This document shows, in pieces, positions 38,594 through 51,100 of a stretch of 64,000 bases of DNA. The notes under the pieces are model-generated. The model was not told where the DNA came from. It saw nothing but the letters and a program-made list of their open reading frames with translations, and did no database searches. Source of the stretch: Marsupella aquatica. Its lineage: Eukaryota; Plantae; Marchantiophyta. The DNA is taken from NCBI GenBank assembly GCA_973895155.1, contig OZ316892.1:6679251-6743250 (forward strand). The letters run 5' to 3'. Each line of letters opens with the position of its first letter. Positions within the stretch are counted from its first letter, which is position 1. The translations under genes were made by a program, and so were the position numbers.

Positions 38594-41500
38594 GGTCATA
38601 TATCCCTGAGATCACCACTGGAGAAGGGCGATGGGGCCAACCTACTATGCAACTGTGCTGATGGGGGAAAGCACTCTAGACATAGGGAGGTAAGGGTGGG
38701 GGTGGAACAGAGAGAAAGCTGCACTAGAGACCAGTAGTGGGTGCGTGTGAATCTGCTCTGAGGGTGATATCAGGGCCGGAAGATCTGTTGTGGCTAACCA
38801 GGGTTAACTTAAAGAGCCACTAGTCATGACAAAAACCTGTTTCCGCGGATTGCACCAGTTTTAATATTTTGCATAAAATTGTGGAGCAAAGTCTCACAGT
38901 AGTGTAGAGAAATGTGAAAAAGAGAGAAATCTTGGACATTTCTTCTTTTATAAGGCCAGTGGTGGTTTGAGAAGTGACAGAAAAATGACAACATTTGTAG
39001 TAATTAATTTGAAAAGGTGGCAAGTCAAAATATTCCACAAAAAAGTGCCATATCTCTTGAACTCCATAATGAACGAAGTCTGTTGCAAGCCCTTTGATGG
39101 GCACTCTCTTCCATTTTTGAAATTGCTATAATGGTGAATACACCTTTCACATTTTGTCTTATTCAGAGTTTTGGTGTCATATATTTTTATTTCAATGTGC
39201 CTTATCAAGGGGCAGCCTGTGTATAATATACATTTTTATTTAAGGACCCCTTTAATTTTAGGATTCTAGAGTATTTTGAACTTCTTTTGGCAGCCCCCTT
39301 GTAAATTTTAATATTTGTGATGTATTAGAGATGACCAAAAGGCTCCACCACTTGAACAAAGCATTCTCATGAATGAAAGAAATGGTTCTGATTGTGTCTT
39401 AAGTTCCCCTTATGTCTTTCTTTCCTAAGTTTATGGTTTTTATTGAAATGAGTGTCATTCATGAGTACAGTTTGAATTAAGTGCAAACATGGTAGCATCC
39501 TTGATTGTACTTTTCATTGGTCACTGTTGACCAATCCTTCTAGTTATGTTCTCATATTTTATTTATTTTCAAATCATTACAAGACAAAAACTCAAGCATG
39601 TTCCAGGATGAATATGCTATATATTGCAGAGCCCTTTGATGGGCACTCTCTTCCATAAAGTGCAAACAAATAGAGAGTGAAAAATATTGAAGGGATTTAA
39701 GACTATGTTTTAAGCCCAAACTGGTCCCTTTACACACATCAACAGTAATGTGTATTTGGATCTTCGATATTTTAGCCTACCATCTTCCACAGAAAAGTAA
39801 TGTGACTTGGGCCTTGCATTTAAGTTACAGCCAGAGCATTTTATTGGGAAAGGGTTGGGTTTTTATAAGAAGATGATCTCTATTAGAGTAATAAGCCAAT
39901 GCTTCATAATTGAAACATGAGTTTTTGACTTGGTGGTTCTTCAAACCCAACACCTACATTCAATTGCAAGAACCTGTCTCTCTTATATAAAGAATGTTGT
40001 GTCCATTTTAAAAAAAAATGAACACAGGGGCCAGGCCTTCTCCAGGGTGGAAGACAGTTGGGTCTTCTCCACATCAAACATCTAGACTATACATTATGGT
40101 TTTGAGACTTCTCTTGCAAACCGGAGGAGTAAAACAATAGACAATTTCAGGATGATCCATGTCCTATTGTCCACGTCTTGTAGCAGACTTCTCAGTGTAA
40201 CACTTGAAGGTGATGGTATTTTAATACTCAAATTTCACGGTATTTCTACAGTCAGAGGAAATGCACAAAGGCTGAGATCTGCAGGCAAACACGTGCAACA
40301 GGCCTTGTGGGGTAAAACAATTATTCTATTAACTCAGTAGCAAGCATAGTGAAGAATCTCAATCCACTTCTTCAAATTCTTTTAGAGTGAAAGGCGACAA
40401 AGCACCAGATGCAATCGGCACTCATCAGCAGGGCACAAGAATACCAATCCACTTAAATACCTGTTCAGTAGAATTTTCAGGCACAAAGAGTTATTTCCAA
40501 GAGTAGCAACGTTGGTAAAAGGAGAATACATTGACGCTAAGCAGGTTACGAAGTATTAGACTGTAATCTCTCTTCGCAAATCACAGGCAAATATCTCAAG
40601 CATTTAGAATCAAAACTTGTAATTACTTTACCACTAATAATGTTCAAACTATAAAACTGCCATGGTTTTTTTGGTATTACAAATATGACACGGTTTCATA
40701 TAAAGAATACAAGTTTTAAACAAAGTAACCAAAGTAGTAACATATAAAAACCCTGGCATATTTGCAAATGCACTAAAATAATGACAGTTTTAGTAAAGGC
40801 CCCCAAGTCCCATTTTCAATTGTAATTCAAAACTTACACTAAGTCAACAAGAGAATGAGTAAAGTTTATAATTCTTCACAAAGACAAAGACAATGAAGTG
40901 CAATCACTAGTGGAAGCGACTCGATCCCTAGAACTTATTCTCAAGGTAGAGCAAAATTGATGTGAGCCAATAGAGGGCAACAGAGTATTGCCAGAAAAAT
41001 ATGATTGGAACATGATGAGGATCATCTTCTAATAAGGAGGAATTCAACAAGTTCAGGAATGGAAAAGTGAGAGGATAGAAGTTGAAGGAACAAGTGGGAT
41101 CTTGTCCTTAGTGATTTGTCCATTAGATATTCATCATTCAATGAACTCTAATCCACTGAGCTACAAACCCTAACCAACTTATCCAAAAGATTTTTTAATT
41201 TATTTTTCACCCCAATAAAGTGTTGAATACATTAATTATTTTGTAATATTTAAAAATATTTAAAATGTCTTGAATGCATAGAGGATAATATCACTGGAAA
41301 GAAGTATATCCAGAAAAGAAGTTTCCCAACGTCTGTTTGTTCTAAATGTTTATTCTAGAGGTTTGGTTGTTGGGATTTCAGGATTTTATTATTCATTTTT
41401 TAGGCTTCTAGAGGAAAAAACGATGCTCCCATGGACCACAAGATTGGTCTTTTCAAACCCCCATGGACCATGTTACTGGTAATAACTTGATGCTCATAAT

Positions 41501-42594
41501 CCAAGTTTTTCTTAAAACAGTTCTGAGGATATATTAGAGGAGTACATAAGCTACACTTCCATCAAATTGAGAGTGAATTTTTGGCCATTTTGATTGAGTT
41601 ATTCATCATGGAAATGTGGAGGGGTAAATTCTGTTAGATTAATTGTCATTGTGTACGTATGAAATATTAGGGCTTGTGTTTTTTCAAGTCTCCTCCTTCT
41701 CGAGTTTCCTTGCAGGTGAAAAACTAAAAATTATTTTAAGACTCATAATCATCAAGTTATAAGCCCCAAACTCCCATGGACAACCGGAGCACTATGTCTA
41801 ACATGGAGGTCCATCCAGGCTTCAGTTTCCTTTTAGAGTGTTCAAGCTCTTACAGAATTGAATCTTACAGGACTTTTATGAGTCATCAGATTTTGAAAAC
41901 CTTGTTGCTCAAGTATTCAAGATACAAAGACCATGCATGCAATGTTGAAAAGAGAACCATGTGTGTCTGGGATACAAGGTGCACATTGTATTCAATGTTC
42001 ATAGTAAGAAAAAATATCATTGTCCCCAACATCACAAAGATGCTTGACGTTGAAGTTTGCTCAAATGGACACAACCATGGCATATGCCACATAGAAATAA
42101 GATTGTGATGTATACAAGATGCACTAATTATTAGAAAAAAAATTAGTGTCAACTTTACAAAGACACTGGGCATCAAAGCTTGCCGAAATTAACAAAATTA
42201 TACCATATTCAACATAGAAGTAAGATTTTGATGTATACACAATGCACGTTGTATGCACAGATTCACACTTAGAAAAAATTTCAAGATTATGCTTGTATTC
42301 TCCAGTTTACCCTATACCTTAAGTCCTCTATCATATATAATATATTTTGTATACATTGATGTCCATGTGTACAAAATCTAACTGCAATGCTCCATATTGT
42401 GCATGTTGTGGTCGCACAATGCCTGGTTCATTTGACAGTATAGACTCTGGCCTGAGGTTATGAGATTTTGGCCCCCTTGGCTTGTCCACCTGGAGGGTTA
42501 TTCAAATTCACTGACAATTTCCAGGTACCATAAGTATAATAAAATTAGACTCCAGGCTTATGCTCATCAATCCATGGTTAGTTGGGTGGCCATG

Positions 42595-42675
42595 GTTGTA
42601 ACCCCCTCGGGCTCACCATCCCGAGGGACTACATCCCATAACCCCCTTGGGACCATGGGTTACCTACACTTATCT
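42595..42675 (+). repeat. Dispersed short repeat family D (copies at about 43915-43990 +, about 52255-52320 -)
   Basis: GTAACCCCCTCGGGCTCACCA...CCCATA...GGGTTA shared with 43918-43990. Confidence 0.6.
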
Positions 42676-44394
42676 GGCCTCACATTGAGTCTGCTCCCTT
42701 CCGCCCCCTCTGCTCCGTGGCCCACCTCTAAACCATTGTGAAATTCATTTTCTGAAGGCACTCCAATGAATGCTGGCTGCTTGTATCCCAATAGAACTCT
42801 TGAGAGTGAGGAATCTAAGAATATAAAACAAGACCACTGTGAGAGACTGCAACTGACGGGATTCGAGCTTGTGCCACTCGTCCCCGGCTACTTTTTGTGC
42901 CCGGTCCCCTCCACACCACTGCACAGCTATGAAGCGTAGACTTAATGCATTTCGTGATAGCTCTCCATTGAATCCTGGCCATTCGTATTCCGATCCAACG
43001 GCTTGGGGGTGAGGATTCTAATAATGTATTCCTCGATTACTGCTATAGCCTGCACTGACGGGGTTCAATTGGGAATCGCTAAGTCTTGTACAAAAGTCTA
43101 AGCATTCCTACTCCAGGTTGCTATTATCATTATCATAATCCATAGTAGGATAGCTGTTTTTTAGACAAAGATTATGCATGAAAACTGATGCCTAGGTTAC
43201 TAGGTTGTACCCATGGGGGCATGGGTCAGGATGTGAGAACCAGCAGACCGGATTCCCAGTCTACGACACCCCATATCTAATGTACCATCGTACCATCTGC
43301 ATAGTCACAATGAATAAATATTTATTAAAGTTGTGGGCCAGACTAACCAAATATTTTATGTTTCAGTTATCACCCTCAGTGAACACCAGTTAGCTCTACG
43401 CTCTTTGGTTGGTTCTTCACTTTTGGTTGTGGGGGACCCCTTGGCTTGTTGGGTCTCGTAGGTTTTTTGTGGCCTTTTTCCTCTGCCTCTTCCCTTTTTT
43501 GGGTTGCCTTGCCTTTGTGTCTCCCAATTTGGTGTTGTTGTGCTTTTGCACTGTTATATATAGTTAGATTAGAGTAGGAAATACTTTCCAATAATGGTTG
43601 CAGATTGTCTTACTTTTTTGGTCAGACTTCTGTCCCTTTCTACACTTTCAGTTGTGCACAAAGTAGTCAGGGGTGGACTATTTTTTGCATTTTAGTTACA
43701 GTAAGGCTTTCTGGTAAGTGGAGATGCTCTTTCTGAACCCCCTCCTCTGCATTTTCAGGGGAGGTCCCAGCCTTAACACTCTCTCCAACCTGGCCAGGGG
43801 TTCTAAGTGTCACAATCCCTACCCAGCCTCGCCCAGCCCCAAAATTTAAAACCTTATGTGTAAAAGGGTGTGAGACAATATACTTGCTAACCCATGCAGT
43901 GTTTGAGGACCATGACTGTAACCCCCTCGGGCTCACCACCCTTGGGGATAACACCCCATATCCTCCTCCAGGCCCAGGGTTAACTTACTTAACGCCCTTC
44001 ATGATTTCTCTCTAACTTTCAAAGCATTATGGGAGACAAATTCACCCATTAAGATTGGATCAGTTCATTACGAAAACTTCCTCTACTTTTACATAAATTA
44101 ATAAAAAATAAAATCTCTTAAGCCTTTGAAGTGTATTAAGGTACTCTTATAGCATTATGGGTGGTAAGAGCTCATTCAAGCACTAAGTTTGTGGACATTA
44201 AGTTATATTACACCATGTCCTGTACACTAGGACAGACTTTACTATATACTTTTTGCATTTTACAGTAGTCGCTGGGTTTGTCAACACCCGTGTCAACACC
44301 CTGTTATAGTAAGGCTGCCCGTAAGGGTTGAAATCATGGAATGCTCTTACCTCATTTTGTTACACACGTCGGTCACTTTCCACAGTGTCCGTCA

Positions 44395-44870
44395 TTTACA
44401 CGTCCGTCAGAGTTTATACTACTTTGCTTCCCGCGCGTGACAGTTCCCCTCCGTTCCTTTTACACGTCCGTCAGTCTACAAAATGCCCGACCGTCCGTCA
44501 GAGTTAACTCCCTCGCTTCCACGTCCGTCAGTCTACGCATGTCCCACAGTCCGTCAGAGTTCACTCCCTTGCTTATTACACGTCCTTCGGTCTACGCATG
44601 TCCGACCGTCCGTCAGAGTTCACGTCGCTGCTTATTACACGTCCGTCAGTCTACGAATGTCCGACCGTCCGTCAGAGTGCACTTCGCTGCTTATAATACG
44701 TCCGTCAGTCTACGCATGTCCGACTATCCGTCAGAATTTACTTCGTTGATTATTACACGTCCGTCAGTCTACGCATGTCCTACCGTCCGTGAGGGTGCAC
44801 TCCTCGCTTCCACGTCCGTCAAGCTACGCATATCCGACCGTCCGTCAGAGTTCACTTCGTTGCGTCGTTA
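44395..44870. repeat. 59-bp minisatellite (7 units plus a partial) upstream of the lectin RLK
   Basis: Consensus CACGTCCGTCAGTCTACGCATGTCCGACCGTCCGTCAGAGTTCACTTCGCTGCTTATTA at about 44463, 44520, 44579, 44638, 44697, 44756, 44811. Confidence 0.95.
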
Positions 44871-46377
44871 CTTAATTGCCCCGCCTTTGCTTTTGTGTCG
44901 AAGGCCGAAACAGTCGAGGAAAATCGAGAGGAGAGGAGAGGAGAAGAGAGGAGAACTTGGAGCTCACTGCACTACACTACTGGACCATGGCGTGGACTGA
45001 TGATGAGCTCGAGTTATCTCGCACGATGTCCTATCGAGAGTCGACGACTAGTCCCGCTTTGAAGCTCGTCGTCGACTGGCCTTCTGTTCGCGCCTTCTCT
45101 AGTCGTAGCTACTTTTCGTCAGCCATTCGTGCTCGAGAAGCATGACCGGCAAGAAGCCAGCCAGCTAGCTAGCTCTACTACTACTACTTACTGCCCCGTT
45201 GCCTTCCACTTCCCCGGAACGCTCGCTTCTCCTCCCCCCCTCCCTCCCTCCGTCCCTCGCTTGCTCCCTCCTTCCCAGGCTCTCAAACAGTTCCACTCGT
45301 TTCTCTCGCGCTCCTTTCTGTCTGTCTGTCTACCCCCCCCCGGTGCGTTTCACGTGTTCGTGAGGTTCTGTTCATTTCGTTTCCGTTTTCGTTACGAAAC
45401 GGTGTTGCGGAATCATTGTGCGTGACACCCGAAGCTCCGTTTCCGACACAGCCGTGGAGGAATTCTGTGTTTCGTCTCTCTGCTACAAGGTCGGTAGGTT
45501 GATTAGTGAATCTCTATGTGAGTTTGCTGCTGGTCCGCTTAAATCTTATGGAGCGGATGATTTTCCTCGCAAACAGCCGCTGCATCCACTGAGAGCGCTG
45601 AAGATCGTCGTGGGCTAGGCTCACCTTGTTCATTTCCTCCCGTCATTTTGACTGACACTCACACTCCGCGGAAGTTCACTTCACCAGGTTTGCGTTCTGA
45701 CTGTTTGGCATCCCGTCATTTTTTCTCCAGTTGTGCTGGTTTCCTTCTGTACTGTAGTTGTGCGCGTGATTGAGCTCACAACACTCTTCGAGTCTCGCGT
45801 CCGTTAGGCACGTTTGTCCGGAATCTCATAGCGTTTGCTCATTCATGGGTTTAAGGGATTTTTCTCTAGTGTAGCTACAGAAGCTCTAGCTCCAACTTTA
45901 TGAGGACAAAAGGACACTGTTGGCTACTACTGTGGTCGTGTCCACGACCTTTCACTCCCCGCTTTGGTAAATGCTGCAAGGTGAAGCAAAGTGAAGCGAG
46001 GCTTAGCCTAGCCAAGCTAGAAAGTCACTCACTCATCCTCTCGGGTTGATGATTGTGCGTTCAGATTTCCGTTGAGTGCGAGCTTACGGCGACGCGCTCT
46101 CCAAAGTTCGATGGAAAACAGCATTGACAATGGTGATCTCAGAGCTGACTCCCTCTGATGCCATGATCAGCTGTTACTTCAATGAAGACGAAGATATCGT
46201 AGCGATTCTATGACACTGCGGCGGTCATGTGACATGACTCAGGTGGACTATGCCGTGGAGGTAAAAGCTTGGACGCGGCTTGGGACATCTTGGAACTGTG
46301 AGGTGCGGTCTGCTGATATTTGAGATTCTTTTCTCAGTTCATTTTATCATCATTTTGTTTGAATTTGCAGGCAGGGC

Positions 46378-49287
46378 ATGAAGGTATGCTCGTGGTTCAC
46401 AACAGAGTATGTGCTGGCAGCGCTGTGTATTTTGAACTCTCTCGGTTCAATTCAATGTGGTGAGCTCTCTTTACGAATTCTATTACTCATTGCCTCTTGC
46501 TCCCCCCGCCTCACTCTACGCGTCTAGCTACGAGAGCGATCGTTACAGTGTGGTGTTACGAGGAAGAACATACAACCCAGAAGTAATTTAGGTCCACGTC
46601 CGATTTTATATGGCGATAGTTCACGTATGTCTCTCAGGGATATTTATATCTTGCAAGCAGGACTCAGCGATGCCTTCCTTGGCACAGAAGGAAAAGGAGA
46701 AGGAAACCATTGATTAGGGGTGCGTGGGGAATCTATCTGCAGGCCATTGCCCGAGTGGCTGGCAAGAAGGACCACTTGAAGATCACTGTTTCACTGTGAT
46801 GAACGACACCTCTACCTGGCTCCAGTCAGAAGAAGCATGCAAAGCAAATGGTGGTCACCTTGCTGCCTTGACCTCAATCGAAGAGCTACAGTATGTCGAT
46901 GGCCTTTGCAATGACACAGCCGTGCTAAGAGGAGGCTGCTGGGCTGGAGGTTCACAACAGCAAGCAAGTGGCCTCTATCCGAATTGGACCGATTGTAAAG
47001 TGCAGTGGAATGTATCTGCTTTCCCACGGGCCCCTTCACCTGTCGTTAATTGCTCTGACCCCAGCTGCCCTGATTATGCTTTGGACGGATGGTGTACTCT
47101 TGTAGTTAACCGCTCTCTTGTATGGGATAATTGCTCCAACACACATCCATACATATGTGGCCTCATCCAGGGTAAGGGGCCCCCGCACCTTCGCTCTCAT
47201 TACTTCAATGTTCAATTTTCATTCTCTAGCTTCCATTTGCCTCGCAGATTGCTCTTTGCTTGTGTTAGGTGATGGAGTAGATTTCACTGCCCTACGCTCC
47301 CTCGGTCGGATTCACGATGTTCGACCTCTCGAGCCTGCATATGCCTCCAGCTGTGATTGTGCACGTAGACCCATAGCTATTTTTAGTTTTGAATGTGAAC
47401 AGACTGAACTTCGTTTACTCAAGCATTTGGACTTACTTTGCCTTTCTTGGGAGGGGTCCTCCGACGAAAAGGATGTTTTATAATGGTGATAATTACGTAG
47501 TCTGAACTAAATGTAAGGAATATGAATTTCAACACCTCGTTGAATCTTCGGCTTAGATTCTCGCCTCGTTTTGTTCCAGGTGGATCATGTGGAGATCGGC
47601 CTTCCAACAAAGAGTACCTTATCATAATAATAGTGGTCAGTTCTGTCATCTTGACCACAGCTTTAGGAGTCACTATCTGGCTGCTTGCCTACAGAACGAC
47701 GAAGAGAAGGCGCAGGCGTAGGCGCAGGCTGGAAAGCATGGCATCGCCAGCAGCAACTCCATGGAGAGTGTTTAGTTATGTGGAATTAGAAGCCGTCACT
47801 GATGGTTTCGCCGACGTGAACAAGCTGGGCGAGGGTGAAGATGTGAATACTTACAAGGGAATACTGCCTGATGGCCAACAAGTGGTTGTTAAAAAGGTTA
47901 GGAGGCCGGGGTTTCAGGACGAAAGGGACTTTATGGGTGAAATGTGTAAGATTGGGCGGTTGAAGCATCCCAATTTGGTCGCTATGAAAGGGTGCTGCTT
48001 CGACCGTGGTGATAGCTACGTTATGTACGAATATATATCGAACGGATCGCTGGACAAATGGCTTCATCACCTGCCCCCAGGCGCCAGGCCCCTAGATTGG
48101 GACGCGCGCATGCGAATTGCTACTGGCGTTGCTCACATCCTTTCGTAAGTTGCATTCGTGTTTCACACCCCATCGCATTCTCGGTTTACTAAGGTCAACG
48201 CATTGCCTGCATGTTTGCACCAACTGGTGCCACTTCACATTGTCCTTGAAGGAATAATAGTCGTTTCTTTCCTCACTCGGGAAAGTTTTTTAAAGGCAAA
48301 AAATGTCGTGGCTCTTTCGCATAAGAGTAACAGATCGTACGTCTGCTGTAGACTGTCATGGAGACAGTGAGGAAGATCTTTGAGCTGATTCCTTTGTGGG
48401 GTCATTACAACAGATACACTTTTTTATGAATGAGCACGTCAATGCTGCATGGCTAAGATTAGTGAGCCCTTTACAGTAGAGTTGCTTTATGAAGCTATTT
48501 GAACCTTATGCAATGTCTCCTAGAAGACCACCTCACTCAGTTTGTCTTACTCCTGAGTGTTTTTCTGTCAAGCAGGTTTCTCCACGACAAAATGAAGCCA
48601 AATCTTGTACATCGAAATTTGCGGGCTAGTACCGTTCTTTTAGACGATGATTTTAATCCCCACGTAATAGGGGTGGGGCTTGTGAATATGGTAATGTCAC
48701 GGGATACAACTACGGGTAGTGAACTTACTGTGATCATTGGAACCCACGGATACCATGCTCCTGAGTTCGTCTACCGAAACGAACTCACGACCAAGAGCGA
48801 CGTATTCAGTTTCGGGGTTTTGCTTCTTGAACTCATTACCGGGCGAATGCCCACCCGAACACAGAACTTAGAGGAGTCTTTTTCAGATGCTCCAACCATT
48901 TTCGAATGGGCTAATCCATTGGTACAGGCTGAAGCCTGGACAGATTTGTTAGACGTTACGATAGGAACTGTTCCAAATCATTCACAGGTGAAGAAGGTGG
49001 CCGACCTCGTTTATACGTGCACTCAGCATGTGCCATCCATGCGTCCGCGGATGTCCTATGTACTCTATCAGTTGCAAGAGCTGCAGACGGCAGAGCTGAC
49101 GGTTCACCCCGTCGATTCAACCAGAACAACCCCGGGGAGAACGCCGGGAAGGACTCCAGAAAGAAGTCTGATGGAAAGAGCTGCGGGTAGAGTCTCCACT
49201 GAATCCACGACTCCGTTTGCATTGAACATGGAACATCACGCGGACGATGATGATAGCGAGTTGGAAATTCGGGAGGTCCCCTGGTAG
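46378..49287 (+). CDS. C-type lectin receptor-like kinase (At1g52310-like), predicted 595 aa; exons 46378-46459, 46743-47171, 47580-48144, 48576-49287
   Basis: Signal-peptide exon MKVCSWFTTEYVLAALCILNSLGSIQC; CTLD CPSGW...CF...W..SEEACKANGGHLAALTS.EE...CWAGG...C.NTHPYIC; TM YLIIIIVVSSVILTTALGVTIWLLAY followed by a basic RRRRRRR stop-transfer; kinase domain with GTHGYHAPEF, KSDVFSFGVLLLELITGR, RPRM. All three introns GT-AG with matching phases (1,1,2); CDS 1788 nt. Confidence 0.93.
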
Positions 49288-49516
49288 CCGTTCTGCTACC
49301 GGCAACTTTTTTCGGCAACCTATCCGTTTTTGGGATCAGGCCAATTTTTAACTACCAAGAAGCCTGACCCAGCAAGGTTTTCGTATGCCAGTGTTCTTCA
49401 TCCCTCCTCAACTGCTTCTCTGCCATCTTCTGCAGCTTCCTGCGAAATTTCAAAACGGTTCACTAGACCGAGGATCAAAGTACTCCAGGATCAGAATCCG
49501 GGTTCGGTTTGGGAAG

Positions 49517-49617
49517 CTCAGGAGGATTTAATCGTACAGTCGCTTCGCCTAGTTCAGTTTTAGATCTCAGGAGGATTTAATTGGTACAGTCGCTTCGCCT
49601 AGTTCAGTTTTAGATCT
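49517..49617. repeat. About 50-bp tandem duplication in the RLK 3' UTR region
   Basis: CTCAGGAGGATTTAAT..GTACAGTCGCTTCGCCTAGTTCAGTTTTAGATCT twice. Confidence 0.9.
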
Positions 49618-50299
49618 GTAATTTGACACGCTGCAGTTGCACTGCTATGTTCATCCAAATTCCAGTTTTATTAGTTCATGGTGGACGAACATATCAGTAC
49701 AGCAAGCACGATGATTGACCTGATGCGGGTGAAAATTGAAGGAAAACCTTCAGGGAGCACCGACAATTTTTTCAATGTATGCCATAAACACTGTCCAATT
49801 CATTGAGCGTGCCACATTACATTTCAGGTGGCTTCAGCTTTGAAGAAAAAATGATTGTCTCACTCTCGTTGTCTGCTTCATCTCGTTTTTACTCCAGACC
49901 CGTCTTTCGTGAGTGTTTGTTTACTTATTTGTATAGTGTGACCTGTTGAAGTCTGTCATTTTTATTACTGGTGCGTTTCTGCGCTACATTCAAGTCTCTT
50001 CCTGGCAACCTCGTCACAGTCATGAGACATGTCTGGTCCTGATGTTCTCTTAAAATCGAGGCCAGACTCTCAGGATTCCAGGCCGTCGTCATCTAGTGGA
50101 AGCGTGCTACGTCCCGAGAATTTCCCGCAGCTAGAATAAGTTTTGATTTCAACCTCGTGCAATCGTGCTTTTCCACTTTGCCGCCAACAAGACGTAAACG
50201 GAGTATCTTTTGCTAGGCTGTCTCTAGGTCTGCTGCACTGGCCGAGCTAGACTAGCCAAGCTATGTCACTCTCTGAAGTCTGAAGGAGTGAGTGGCAGA

Positions 50300-51100
50300 A
50301 CCATTATCTCCATCGTAACGGTGCAGAATAGGGGTCTTATCCGGTCACAAAGGTATATCGGTATGTCTTCCAAATCGGCAGTGATGATCATTGTGCAGAT
50401 AACCTGTCAAGTCTGTCGCCTATGGCCTTTTTCCAGGCAGGCAGTCCCGGAAGTACGGGGTTTTGGTCAATTGGTCAAGCCAACAAGAGAACGGTGGCGG
50501 GTCGAATTCGAACGGAGCCTCCTGGTGGGTCCATAGCTTCTGGGAAGTAGTGACAGGCCATAATTGTTGTGCCTTGTGCGCCAGTGTGTGTCGAATTCGT
50601 CCTACTGTACTAGCATGTCGAGCAGCACCAGTAGCAGAGAGTTTTCCTAGACTATACTTTTTCTGGCTTGCTGTAGGACAATAGCGGCGCCCATGTGCAA
50701 TCCTCTGGAACACTGTCTTGTACTTTTACTGTCGTTGGGGCAAGCTGGCTATTCGGATGCCTGGGCGGCCCGAAGCTGAGGTAGTAGTAACCACACCATT
50801 CCAATTGTAGTGCGTCATAGAGCCTTTTAGCAACCACTTTCTTTTTGTTGGTATCAGAGTCCGGGCTAACAGCCTTAAGAGAAATGTTTTGGATTCCCCA
50901 TTCAACGACGGCAGCAGACATCGGAGGCAAAAGTCCATGCAGGGTAGTAGAGCCTTTCGGCAACTTGCCACAGCGAAGTGGCGCTATATACTGAAGAGGA
51001 GAGCTCACAGCAATTTGACTGGCAGTGCGCGGATGAGGTTGTTCATTTTGTTCTCTTGGCCTAGACGATGAGTTCGAGGGCTCGAAGTGTTTCTACCGTG
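50300..51100 (-). pseudogene. Possible decayed F-box protein gene
   Basis: F-box-like GQENKMNNLIRALPVKLL..LSSSV...LWQ (about 50960-51055) followed by LYDALQLEWCGYYYLSFGPP, resembling the YD...W..LSFLP motif of bryophyte F-box proteins; frames broken. Confidence 0.3.

Noticed and set aside
42850-42900. tRNA/SINE-like B-box (CGGGATTCGAGC)
   Set aside because: No cloverleaf, A-box or tail can be built around it
44341-45000. 219-aa ORF with repeated RPSV motifs
   Set aside because: Product of the 59-bp (non-triplet) minisatellite cycling through frames; no domain features
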